From the IMG/VR virus record IMGVR_UViG_3300031566_000026, positions 1-63,365 of that record: 63,365 bases of DNA; one strand, given 5' to 3'. The DNA comes from a virus. Its lineage: Duplodnaviria; Caudoviricetes. Below the pieces are notes generated by a model. That model was not told the DNA's origin. It ran no database searches and was given only the letters and a program-made list of their open reading frames with translations. Position numbers and translations under genes: made by a program. Of the stretch, positions 38,499 through 48,900 are shown one piece after another; the stretch's first letter is position 1, and the number at the start of each line of letters is the position of its first letter.

Positions 38499-40120
38499 TC
38501 ATGTAGCCACCGTTGGCCGGTCGACGGGCACCGGCTCACCATTCCGCGTCACCCCGATGAATGCCACGCCAGGCGCGCCAGTGAACAGCGCCAGGAGCGC
38601 GTCGCCTGCCACGACGTCCACGGCCGAGCCGTTCCAAAGGAGGATCCGGCCGTCGTCGGCCGTCCACTCGACGGGACGAAGCACGCCACCGTAGATCCAG
38701 CGGTTCGGGTGGGAGATTCTCATTACGTCACGCGCTCCTTGCCCCTACAGCGCCCTCGGTGGAACGCCGGCTTGCCACACCGGCACGTCAACGTCTTGCC
38801 TTCAGCCTCCAGCGCACGACGCACCACGTATACGCTCTGACGTGATACCCCAACCTCTCTCATGATGGCTGAGGCAGGCGTACCCCGCAGGATGGCTGCC
38901 CGCACCTCGGCCCGGCACGCGCGCGGCGCGGGCTTGGATGCTGGCGCGATCTTCGGTTGCGCAGTGGAGCGAACGAACGGCAGGCCGAATGCAGTATGGA
39001 CCCCGCGCCCGCATGCCCGGCATGGGCCCGGCGTCTCGACCAGGTGCCCGTTGCCGTCCGTCTCAATGCGTAGCCTGATCTTCGAGCCGCACCGCACGCA
39101 GTAGCCGCCCGTCTCATCGTAGGCCGCTCCGGAGCCACCACCGAAGTCGAGCCCGGCCAGGATGGCGGGGTCAGTAGTCCGGCTCTTCATTGACGTCCAG
39201 GACGTGCTTCACCGCGAGACCGTCAGCTACCGCCCGCGCCAGGGCCGCGCCGGCTGCGTCCTTGCATTCCAGGATGTAGCGGCTGGCGTTCGTGGGCTGC
39301 GGAACCTCCATCACCACGATGTTGACGTCTGCCACCTGCTCGGGCTCCCTGCCCGGGGCGGGCGCCATCGTCACCTTCAGGTTGAGGATCATGGCCTGGC
39401 CCTCCTCTTACTTCGTGTACCGCTCCTACAGCGCCCACCCGCAGTTGGGGCAGACGCGACAGGACGGCTCCGGCTTCGGGGCGCCGGTTACCTCCTGTAC
39501 CGCTTCCTGCACGATCTCGTTCGTGACCTTGCCGCCGGCCGCTTTCTTTACGGCCATCTTCCATGCCTTGCGCTGCTGCTTCGGCTCAAGCGGCGTCAGC
39601 GGCCGGATGACTTTCTCCTGCGTGGGCAAAGCGGAACCCCGGGTTCCACTTCCTAGGTTTCCTACTACTGCCGCAGCGATTATCTGCCGGTTTGCATGCT
39701 GCTTTGTCATGCCAAACTCATCGTTCACGAATGCGTCCCACGACCGGTGCGTCTGTCGGTACAGTCGTCTATCCCGTATCTCCGTCAGTGCGGCGGCAAC
39801 GTCGAAGAACGTGCGGAGCCCAGACCGCACGCGATCCTTCAGGACCTCCAACTCGGCCATCTCTGGGGGCGTGAGTGGCGCAAGTTCGGCCACCTGGTCA
39901 GCGACCGCGGCAGCCTTCCCGCCTACCTTCGCCGCCTTCTGTGCCCGTGCCCACTGCGCCTCGCGCGCCGCCCTCATCGCCGCTACCTTACCGCCTCCGT
40001 CTTGGTGACTCATCCGAAGATCCACCTGAGTACGAGGAAAACTACGCCCAGGTCAAGGGTGATACGTACCCAGCGCGGAAGGCGTCCCCATAGGTCCCAC
40101 GGATCCTTGTCTTGGCTCAT
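38499..40120 (-). other. small ORFs between TerL and portal (38499-38723, 38723-39190 HTH/Zn, 39171-39392, 39426-40013, 40010-40120)
   Basis: Coupled ORFs; 39426-40013 has the LTEIRDRRLYR...FGM motif; 40010-40120 is a 36-aa TM peptide absent from the ORF track. Confidence 0.6.
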
Positions 40121-40123
40121 CCC

Positions 40124-42613
40124 TCAGATCCTCACGTGCGAGAACCGGATCGTTGGCGCTGCGGGGCGGAGTACTCGGAACTCCTCCCAACAAAGATAAT
40201 CGTTTGCATCCAGAATATGATCTAGTCCGCTCGCCTTGTCACGGATGCTCGTGCCCTCCTTATACGTCAGCCCACCAAGCGCTCGGATCAGCGCCTTGGC
40301 CCGGGGATGGATGCGGATGCGCCGGCGTGTGCCCTGGCAGAGCATCGCCTGCGTGTTGTTCACTCGGTCCACGACCAGTGGCGCCGCTTTAGGCGCTCGT
40401 ACGTCAAAGCCCGCGCGCTGTAGGATGGTGAAGTCCGTCATCCCTACCGGGGAGCTACTGTGCCGGGCCCGCCCGCTCGGGTCAGGGCAGATCACGATCT
40501 TCCGGCCCGGGTAGCGCCGCCTCAGCTCGCCGGCTACCTCCTCCGTGTTCGATGTCTGGATCTCCAGCGCATCCAGGATGTGCAGCTCGTCGGCCACCTT
40601 CACCCCGATCACGCTGGCCATCGGGTTCACGTTGAAATCCTGCCCGACGAAGATCTCGGCGCCCGTGTCCACCACGCTCGCATCCACGTTACCGGCGGGG
40701 AACGGTGCCTTGCTGAAGCTGCTGTAGACCAGCCCCTCCACATCGTCCAGTAGCTCACCGTGGATCTCCTGCCGGCCCAGGCGCGTCCCCTCGTAGGCCG
40801 CCAGCGTCTGCGTGAACCACTCCGGCGCCAGGTTGGCCCGGTTCTCGTAGCTGCTGCCCGTCACCACTACGGTGGTCGGCTGCTCCTCGATCTCCGAAAG
40901 GATCGGCACGGGCCGGGGCGTCGTGCTGATGAATATACGCGGGCGATCAGCCGAGACCTCGCGCATCCCGAACTGGAGATTTTCCCAGACCTCCCGACAA
41001 TTTTTGTACTTGGCATACTCATCCAGCCATGCCGTATCGCCTGAGAACCCACGCAGTCCGTCCGGCTCTTCCGAGCTGAAGACCGTCGCCCACGAGCCGT
41101 TCGGCCAGGTGATGCGCCGCTTCGAGGGCTCATACTTCGGCCAGGGACCGTTCGGGGCGTCCAGGCACCAGAGCGGCGGGTTGCGTAGCACGCCCGCAGG
41201 CCCCTCGATCATGTAGTCTCGGGCGTCGGCCGGGGTCTTCGCCACAAAGGCCATCCACCGCCCTGGCTCCTGCTCTGCCCGCTCGTGTACCCAACCGGCC
41301 CCGGTCGCCGTATTGTGCGTCGGGACCATACCCAGACCAGCCAGATAGAGGTGCGAGCGCGAATCCACGGCAAGGCACCGCACTGGCTCGCTAGGGACTG
41401 GATCCACCGCCACGATGTACCGATGCGTCGTCCTGTTCCGCTGCGCCGTCTCACACCGCACGCGCTCGGCCTTCCGCCGGAGTCGAAACACCTGAGTCCT
41501 TGGCGTCCATTTCACGCGCCACTTCGGCCCCACTATTCTACCATAGATTGTGGCCACACCTTCCGCCTTCACCGGCTTGTGCCCGAGCGATACAGCCAAC
41601 TCCACTACTGCATCCGCGAGCACTTCCTTCGTGGATGTAAACTCGACATTTCCCCCAGGGGCGATGAACCCGTCCGTATCCAGGAGGCCCGCCAACAGAG
41701 CCGCGCGCTGTTCGATCGAACCCCTGAGGTAGGCAGCAGGTACATGCTTATTCTTGAGGACGCCAAGGGTACGTAGAGCGCTGTGAAGGGACCCATTCGC
41801 CATCATCGCCCCTGTCACCGCATCCCGCTTGGCTGGCTTTCCACCCAACGGATAGGTCGCGCAGAACGCACCCGGTTTACGGCACGGCTTCCCACTTAAA
41901 GCCACTCCGGAGGCAGCCAACATGCCAAGAAGTTCATTGGCGTCCGTATCACCTACCGTGACCGCCCCTTTTGCGCTAGACCCGTCCCCGAGCCAGACGC
42001 CCAATACGTAGGGGTCCACTGGCAGCGGCGCGACGGGAAGATCGAGTGGCGCCGCTAGAGGGATACTGTGATTCCGCTCCCGGGCATTCGCCATCAGGGT
42101 GGAGCGGATCTCCTCCGTCGTACGAGTGCCCGGAGCAGAACGCGGGTGTACGGCGCGGCCCATGGCCTTCCTATACCGCTTGTCCCATGTCAGCCAACGG
42201 TGGTCGGCGTCTGCCACGACCTCCGAGCCGTCGTCAAACCGCACCACATAGCAGGGGCGCCCGACCTGGACCTCCGTGGCGAACGTCACCCGGCATGGAC
42301 GCCCGCCCTCGTCGAATAGTCGGTCGCCTACCCGAACCTCGCCCATCGTGGTCCAGCCATCAGGGGTAGGCAGCGGGGTGTCAAGCGCTAGGGCTTTCCC
42401 GAATCCGCGACCCGTCCTCAAAACCCAAGTCAGCCAGTCGCCCGGAGGCGGTAGCTGCTTGGGCCGGGCCCAGAAGTGCCAGTCGTGCTCAACGACCCGA
42501 AGCTCTGTCCCCGTTAGTGTGCCCAGGAACGCTCGCCATTCCGACTCCGGTAGGCTGGCCAGCAATTCGGCTTGCGATCCCGGAAATACGGTTGGTGATG
42601 CGGTTGCGGACAA
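40124..42613 (-). CDS. terL: terminase large subunit, intein-containing
   Basis: Walker A GRGFGK^T, Walker B AWLDE, STTP, nuclease GQDFN and DHILDA; SD GAGGAGG before TTG. Confidence 0.93.
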   Translation of the reverse strand: MSATASPTVFPGSQAELLASLPESEWRAFLGTLTGTELRVVEHDWHFWARPKQLPPPGDWLTWVLRTGRGFGKALALDTPLPTPDGWTTMGEVRVGDRLFDEGGRPCRVTFATEVQVGRPCYVVRFDDGSEVVADADHRWLTWDKRYRKAMGRAVHPRSAPGTRTTEEIRSTLMANARERNHSIPLAAPLDLPVAPLPVDPYVLGVWLGDGSSAKGAVTVGDTDANELLGMLAASGVALSGKPCRKPGAFCATYPLGGKPAKRDAVTGAMMANGSLHSALRTLGVLKNKHVPAAYLRGSIEQRAALLAGLLDTDGFIAPGGNVEFTSTKEVLADAVVELAVSLGHKPVKAEGVATIYGRIVGPKWRVKWTPRTQVFRLRRKAERVRCETAQRNRTTHRYIVAVDPVPSEPVRCLAVDSRSHLYLAGLGMVPTHNTATGAGWVHERAEQEPGRWMAFVAKTPADARDYMIEGPAGVLRNPPLWCLDAPNGPWPKYEPSKRRITWPNGSWATVFSSEEPDGLRGFSGDTAWLDEYAKYKNCREVWENLQFGMREVSADRPRIFISTTPRPVPILSEIEEQPTTVVVTGSSYENRANLAPEWFTQTLAAYEGTRLGRQEIHGELLDDVEGLVYSSFSKAPFPAGNVDASVVDTGAEIFVGQDFNVNPMASVIGVKVADELHILDALEIQTSNTEEVAGELRRRYPGRKIVICPDPSGRARHSSSPVGMTDFTILQRAGFDVRAPKAAPLVVDRVNNTQAMLCQGTRRRIRIHPRAKALIRALGGLTYKEGTSIRDKASGLDHILDANDYLCWEEFRVLRPAAPTIRFSHVRI
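41312..42394 (-). mobile_element. class-3-type intein with LAGLIDADG domain (361 aa)
   Basis: Starts ALALDTP, ends MVPTHN before Thr; DHRW, VRC and THN give the W-C-T triplet; LGVWLGDG and LLAGLLDTDG. Confidence 0.9.
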
Positions 42614-42992
42614 CGACAACCTCCTCTACCTGGATGGGGCCACCGTCTGCACCTGTGATCTCATGTACGCTCGTCTCGCGCCAGCCGGCCTGCGTCTTCA
42701 GATAGAAGCACATCGCCCCAAGGTTGCCACTGCGCGCCGCCTGGAGTAGCGAGCCGGCTATGGTAGTGATCGCCTTTGCGCGTCCCTCTTTATACGCTAA
42801 GGAGATTCGTGGGTCCCTTCCCATAGCTGCGTGAAATGTCGGCACGGTGATGCCGAAGTAATCCGCCACCTGGGTCTGGTTCAGTACAGCCGCCAACGTG
42901 GCGATCTCCTGGATCTGCTTATCCGTGGGCGCCCAGGGCTTCGGACCCCGCTTTGCCCCGTTCCCCTTCTTGCCGTTTGACCCGTTAGCCAT
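42489..42992 (-). CDS. terS: terminase small subunit
   Basis: HTH-like N-terminus, AMCFYLKTQAGW and EITGADGGPI motifs. Confidence 0.85.
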   Translation of the reverse strand: MANGSNGKKGNGAKRGPKPWAPTDKQIQEIATLAAVLNQTQVADYFGITVPTFHAAMGRDPRISLAYKEGRAKAITTIAGSLLQAARSGNLGAMCFYLKTQAGWRETSVHEITGADGGPIQVEEVVVVRNRITNRISGIASRIAGQPTGVGMASVPGHTNGDRASGR

Positions 42993-44220
42993 GCTTCACC
43001 TTCCTCGGCTCCAGCCCCATTGCCGCCATCCGCTCAAGAATAACGGCGCAATAGCCCTCGCTTATCTCAATGCCGTAGCAGACGCGGCGCTCGTTCTCGG
43101 TTGCGACCATCGTGGTGCCCGAGCCGAGGAATGGATCAAACACGACTGCGCCGACCGAGGCGATTCGGCGGGTAATATCGGCCACTACAGAGAGCGGCTT
43201 GACGGAACCGTGCCACCCTGCATCTGCCCCCAGCTCACCAGATACTTCCGGGAGGTAGTAGCAGTCATGAACGTAGGGGTGCGCGTCCTGCCACGCGCCG
43301 TTGCCAACCTCAGATACCAGGATGGATTCTGAAGTCAGAATCCATCCTCGCCACGGGAACGTGCATTGCGCTGCCTTGTAGAGCCACAACATCCGGTGGA
43401 ACTGATGCCCCGCCGCCCTTATCGCATCTAGCCAGACGGGGAACGTCCGCGTGCCCTGAAAGGCCACGACAATGGCGTTTTCCACTGGCAGGTTTGCAAC
43501 GGCACCGCGCACTGTCCCATCCAGCAACTCAGGGGCGTCGTTTATGACTCCGGGCTGGCTGATTCCGTAGGGCGGATCGGTAAGCACGGCTTCCGCACTC
43601 TCGCCCCCCATCAGCCGCCCCACGTCCCCCGCGCTCGTCGAGTCCCCGCACATGACCCGATGTGACTTGCCCGGCACCGCCTTGCTCGGGATCTCCCACA
43701 CCTGGCCGCGCTCGGTGCCCCACTTCTTCTGAAGCTCGGCGGCACGATCTACCTGTGCGCCGGGGTCCTCGGGCTTGTCCATCTCGCGGCCGAGGTCGGC
43801 AAGCAGCTCATCCAGCGCGTCCGCGTCATAGCCCGTGCCTTCAAGCGAGCCCGCATCGGCCAGGATCTCTTGCAGCAACGCCACCAGTTGCTCGGGATCG
43901 TCTATGCCGAGCCGGGTGGTGCGGTTGTCAGCCAGGAGGATGCGGAGCGCCGTCGCGTCGTCCACGTCCACCCAAGCCACCGGCACGTCCTTGGCGCCCA
44001 TCTGCTGCGCTACCATGAGGCGATGATTTCCCACCAGCACGCGTCCGGTAGACCGCTGTGCCACGATGGTCCCGTAGAAGCCGTTGACCGCTACGCTCTC
44101 ATGGATCGCCCCGAGGTCGCCCTGGTTCACGTTGCGCGGGTGGAGCGTCAGGTCCGCGACCGGCACAAGTTCCACGGCCTCATTGAGTACCCGCATTCCG
44201 TTCGCCTTGGGCTTCGCCAT
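42985..44220 (-). CDS. ParB-like domain fused to an N6/N4 DNA methyltransferase
   Basis: HPRN, VGNHR, LADNR; then CGDS, TDPPY, DPFLGSGTT. Confidence 0.88.
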   Translation of the reverse strand: MAKPKANGMRVLNEAVELVPVADLTLHPRNVNQGDLGAIHESVAVNGFYGTIVAQRSTGRVLVGNHRLMVAQQMGAKDVPVAWVDVDDATALRILLADNRTTRLGIDDPEQLVALLQEILADAGSLEGTGYDADALDELLADLGREMDKPEDPGAQVDRAAELQKKWGTERGQVWEIPSKAVPGKSHRVMCGDSTSAGDVGRLMGGESAEAVLTDPPYGISQPGVINDAPELLDGTVRGAVANLPVENAIVVAFQGTRTFPVWLDAIRAAGHQFHRMLWLYKAAQCTFPWRGWILTSESILVSEVGNGAWQDAHPYVHDCYYLPEVSGELGADAGWHGSVKPLSVVADITRRIASVGAVVFDPFLGSGTTMVATENERRVCYGIEISEGYCAVILERMAAMGLEPRKVKHG

Positions 44221-44232
44221 GATGAAGTCAAG

Positions 44233-45957
44233 CTAACCCGTTTGGGCTGCTGGCGTTAGGGTCATGTCGGATAGTTCAGCTTCAGCGACCATGATTCTGT
44301 AGGCGATCCAGTTCACGACCGATACCGTAACTGCATTCCCACAGAACCTGTACCTCGGCCCGTCAGCCATGTCGCAGCGGGTGCCGTCCTCGCGGGTGCC
44401 GTAGGCGGTCCAGCCTGGCGGAAAACTTTGGAGTGCCTCGCACTCGCCGGGGGTCAATCGGCGAGGGATGGCCCCCTCCATGACCTTCGGCTGGTGGTGT
44501 CCTCCGTGGGTGTTGCTCGAATGCGCCAGCGTCGGCACGGCTGCACCAGGGGGCACGATTTGATCCTGTTGGGCGCCCCCCTGAAACGCCACCACACACG
44601 GCGGTTGTCCCATCTCGAAGCCCGTGCCCAACTTGAGGGTGGGCGATAGATCATCCATAACCAGCGGGGAGGAGTCCTGTGTCACCACAATCGGCGTCCC
44701 CCGTCCCGTCCCGTCCTCGCTGGCGTCGAAGCCTTCGGCACGGAGGGTGTGGGCGAGGACCGCACCGCAGCCCATACCGGCCCGCCCCCCGCTCGGCGTA
44801 AGGATGGCGTTGGCTAGACCGTCGGTGCCTAGTTCCGCCTGCGGTGTCCCGTCGCGCCCACGGATCGCTAGGCTCTGGGCGACTAGCTGGTTCGTGCCGT
44901 TGTCGTCGCTCACGGCAAGGGGGCCTAGTCCCTCTCGGTAGAAGCCGTCGCCCGTTGCTTGAGCGCCGACGCCAGCGCCTCCGGCAGTTCCTTCCTCCGC
45001 TTCTCGGCTCGGCGCAGGATGCCCATACAAGCCTTCGGAGAGAGCAAGTATTTCGGCGGCACGTTCGCCTCTATAATCTGCGACAATGAACACGCGGCGC
45101 CGTCTCTGGGCCACGCCGAAGAATTGGCTGTCCAGGACTCGCCACGCGATGTCCAACGCCCCGACGTTTGCCAGTTCAGCGAGAACGACAGCAAAATCGT
45201 TTCCGCCGTTTGACGAGAGCAGTCCCGGGACGTTCTCGAAAAGAGCGAAGGTTGGACCGACTCCGGCATCTTGAAGCTCCTTGATGATCCGCATGGCCTC
45301 AAAGAACAGCGACGACCGCTTGCCCTCAATCAGTCCAGCCCGACGACCGGCCACCGACAGGTCTTGGCAGGGCCAGCCGCCGCAGATCACATCGACCGGC
45401 TCGACAAGTAGCGTTGCGCCGCATCCACAAAGGCGGCGTCCTCGATGATCGGAAGGTGGATGTTGCACCCGTGGCAGAGCAGCCCCCTCACCTCCCCCGT
45501 CACGTGGCAGTGATCCACCACCCACCGCCTCGGCACCTTCCCGCAGATCGCACAGACCCCGCTTTGCCGTTCCTTCATCTCGGCAACCTGCTGCGGAGTC
45601 AGCCCGTACCTCCCGGCCAACTGCCACTTGTGGCGCTGTTCCGGCGTCCCGGCCTTCCTCGTCCCCGCAACCCGGTTCGCGTGGTCGTATGCCAACTGGC
45701 ACTTCTTGCACCACGCTTGGAGCCCGTCCCCCATGTCCGACTTCCGGTAGAACTCGCTTCGCGGTTTTGTCTCCGCACACCTCGCACACCGCTTTGACAT
45801 CATGCACGTCCTCCCAGTGGGGAACATCCGGCCAATGCCTCCTCAGCACCGCCCGGCATTGCGGGTCCAACTCCACGCTCCACGCTGGCGTTAGCCCGGC
45901 ACGTTCTAGGGCTAGGTCGAAGCCACCAACGCCGGCGAACAGGGAGCCGAACCGCAT
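44233..45957 (-). CDS. C5 cytosine DNA methyltransferase (alpha chain) with a 125-codon insertion
   Basis: SLFAGVGG, GGWPCQD, ENVPG, QRRRRVF, RRLTPGECEALQ, GNAV motifs. Confidence 0.9.
   Translation of the reverse strand: MRFGSLFAGVGGFDLALERAGLTPAWSVELDPQCRAVLRRHWPDVPHWEDVHDVKAVCEVCGDKTAKRVLPEVGHGGRAPSVVQEVPVGIRPREPGCGDEEGRDAGTAPQVAVGREVRADSAAGCRDEGTAKRGLCDLREGAEAVGGGSLPRDGGGEGAALPRVQHPPSDHRGRRLCGCGATLLVEPVDVICGGWPCQDLSVAGRRAGLIEGKRSSLFFEAMRIIKELQDAGVGPTFALFENVPGLLSSNGGNDFAVVLAELANVGALDIAWRVLDSQFFGVAQRRRRVFIVADYRGERAAEILALSEGLYGHPAPSREAEEGTAGGAGVGAQATGDGFYREGLGPLAVSDDNGTNQLVAQSLAIRGRDGTPQAELGTDGLANAILTPSGGRAGMGCGAVLAHTLRAEGFDASEDGTGRGTPIVVTQDSSPLVMDDLSPTLKLGTGFEMGQPPCVVAFQGGAQQDQIVPPGAAVPTLAHSSNTHGGHHQPKVMEGAIPRRLTPGECEALQSFPPGWTAYGTREDGTRCDMADGPRYRFCGNAVTVSVVNWIAYRIMVAEAELSDMTLTPAAQTG
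44925..45269 (-). CDS. nested alternative-frame methyltransferase beta subunit (M.EcoHK31I-beta type)
   Basis: SD AAGGAG 7 nt before ATG; SLSQIIEANVPPKYLLSPKACMGILRRAEKRRKELP. Confidence 0.75.
   Translation of the reverse strand: MPESVQPSLFSRTSRDCSRQTAETILLSFSLNWQTSGRWTSRGESWTANSSAWPRDGAACSLSQIIEANVPPKYLLSPKACMGILRRAEKRRKELPEALASALKQRATASTERD
45387..45803 (-). CDS. nested endonuclease VII-family (His-Me finger) nuclease
   Basis: SD GGAGG 6 nt before ATG; CxxC...CxxC, YGLT, Q..VCAICG, VDHCH..G.VRGLLC..CN. Confidence 0.88.
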   Translation of the reverse strand: MMSKRCARCAETKPRSEFYRKSDMGDGLQAWCKKCQLAYDHANRVAGTRKAGTPEQRHKWQLAGRYGLTPQQVAEMKERQSGVCAICGKVPRRWVVDHCHVTGEVRGLLCHGCNIHLPIIEDAAFVDAAQRYLSSRSM

Positions 45958-45958
45958 C

Positions 45959-48900
45959 TCAGTCCTTGATCTCGCCCGTGCTCTTGTCCAGCCCGGTGAA
46001 CATGTCTTCCGGCTCGTCACCGATCGCCACCTTGCAGCGATCCAGCGTCTCGATCGCTGTGTCGGCCGTGAAGGTCGAGAGACCAAGGTTCTCCATCTTG
46101 CTGCGCACCTTCTCCAGGTCCTCGCGGCGGCCGGCGATGGCGCGGCGCACCTCCTGCAATTCCTCCAGGTCGAAGCGAACGTTCACGCCAGTGCTTTCCG
46201 TCATGGGAGGCGAACTCCTCGTGGGTAATGGGGTTGTTCAGTCATAGAGGCCCGCCGCTATCGCCCGGACCATGAACTGCCGACACAACTCGCTGTGGGC
46301 GTAGGCGAAGCGTTCCTCGTCTTGGTTCACTGAGTCGTCGTCTTCCAGCCTCTGCCAATTGAAATGCGTCCGTCGTCCCCAAGCTACAGCAGCATGCAGC
46401 ATCTCGTGCGTCACGATGCCCATGACCAGGGCCGCCCGATACATGTTCACCTCAGCGATGCAAGGGTCACGGCGCATCCTTCGATCACAGTTCACCTTCC
46501 AACTACTGCGCTCCTGGCAGTAGCCTTGCCGCTTGTCCCACGTCCCGCCGCCGAAGCGCGCGTCGGTGGTGCGCCAGTATTCCCGCATCGCCTTCTTCGT
46601 GCGGTGGACGTTCACCCTCACGTAGAGCGTGCGGCCCGGTTCCGGGTAGAGACGAAACGTCACCACGTTGCGGGCTCGTGCTCCACGACCGCCGTAAACG
46701 AGCGCAGCGGCCCCTTGCCTTTGGAGCGTTTGCACTTCTCACAGCGGAGCAGCCAGTAGCGGAGCGGCTTCTCTGTGGGCGGGTGGCGGTGCGTGTAGGT
46801 GTGACCGCAGGAGCCGACGTAGCGGGTGGCGATGAGGGTCATGGAGCCGGCACTCCTCGTTGGTCACTCCCACACGTCGGGCAGGGATACGACTTCCCAC
46901 CCTCAACCGCCCGGTGCGCGGACATGGGCACCCCAGCCGCACCGGGGCGCAGGACACCGAACCCGAAGCAGTCCGGACAGTTGTCGTAGTGCCGGACGTC
47001 GCAGGTTGTGCAGACGCGCAGGGGTTGGCCGTCATGGCCCATGCCCGGGGCATTGGCGCGTGCGGTCTCGATGTTCATCGGATCCTCCTGGGCATGAGCA
47101 TACGGCGTGTCGACCCCCTCTCAGTCATATCGACTCACCCGCGCGGCCAGTTTATGTGCCTCTCGGATGCGGTCAGCGGTGGGCCACCGCCACCGCCACA
47201 CATTTAGGAGAAAACGGCGGTCGGGGTGTCGCTCCAGGGCCCCCAACCGGAATGCTAGGCGATGGAATGCCCGGCGTATGCCCATCACGTTGTGCGCAAT
47301 CCAACCACCGGGCTCCCATGGGGCGACGGAGAGAAAGAAGTACTCGACAAAGAACGGACCAGGGATTGAGGGCGGGCGCCGGATATAGGAACGTAACTCC
47401 GCGCACTTACGATTCTCGATCATCGGATCCTCCGGCATCGCTCGTGGAACACCAGGGGCGGCTCCCGTATCATCGAGGCTGAATCGTACCAGAACTCCTC
47501 GCCCACGAGGATCGGCTTGCCGCAGACCTTGCAACTGTTGTCATCGCCGTGGTACTTGTCGAGTGCCTTCGTCCAGACGGGGATGCTCATCGAATCCTCC
47601 GAGGAGTTACCTCTCCAGCCATTTCCTGTACTCATCGTTGGCCTTGGCCTTTTCGTATACTAAAACCCCCATGCACACGAGGGCGACGACAAACAGCGCC
47701 AGCGCTACCCAATCACCGAGCGTCATCTGATCCTCCGGGGCCACCAATCGGGGTGGGGCGTGAGGTCCTCACCGTCCAGCATGTCCGCAGAGAACGTGAC
47801 GCCCATGGGCTCGGGGTTCCGCTTCACCCCAGCCACATACGTCTTGCCCTCCCGGGTCACCCACAGCCGCTTCCAGCCGCTGTCTAGGTCGTTCACGCCC
47901 ATGCGGCACTCGAAGGGGGCCGTGGCGCTGTAGGTGGGGCGGTACACGTTCTTGCTGTTCCCCACGGAGAGCATTGAAGGCGAGTCGAGGTAGAACGTCG
48001 CCCCGGCGAACTCCACCACCCAGGACTCGTCCGTTGGCCCGGTCGGGCCGGTTCGCGAGGCGGGGTCCTCACCCGGCATGAAGTCGTGTGCAAACCCGAG
48101 CGGCACTCCTGGCTTCAGTCGCTCCAGTAGCGCAGGAGTGAACGACAAGACCGCCAGTGCCTTCAGAAAGTCGGTGCGTCTCATCAAAACTCCTTTGGCG
48201 GCCTTATCCACCCCAACTTGCTGTGCCACACGTCACCTTCTTCACCACAGATACGCAGATCCTGCTTGCCCTTCAACTTGGGTAGCACATCGGCTGCGTA
48301 GCCTGGACGCTCCTCCAGCACCGCCGGGGCAAATGGCACGAGCGCCAGTGCTTTGACGAAGTCCGCGCGCCTCATATCGTTCTCCTCCCATCCCGAGCCG
48401 CGAAGCGCAGCGCGAATGCGTCCAGCGTGTAGTCCCCGTCCGCCCGGGGCCGGAGCATGATGAGCCCGCGCTCGTTGCCCTCGTAGGGACCCCATCTGAG
48501 CGCAAATCTCGCTTCGGGCACCGTCTTGAACACGACGCACTCCTCCATCCGCACACGGTAGAGCCGCGCCAACTCGGGGGCGGAGACGTAGTTCATCCCG
48601 CCCCAATCGCTGAAGATGTCCGGCGTGGTTCGCGATCCAATCACTCGCACCGGCACCCACCCGGGGCATAGCCCGTAGCGGATCGTTTGCCGGAGGATGG
48701 TGGATTCCCCGGCGGTGGGAACCGTCGCGAAGTCTGTCTCCTGCCTGAAGGCTACCAATACGTTCTGAGGGGCAGGCTTCAACTTCGCCAGCACGCCCGG
48801 CACGAAGGGCAGCGCCAGTAACGCCTTGAAGAACGTGGACCGCTTCATGGCGTCTCCTCGTCATCCGGGGGCCAGCCGAAGGCCGCCTCGTTCTCATCCC

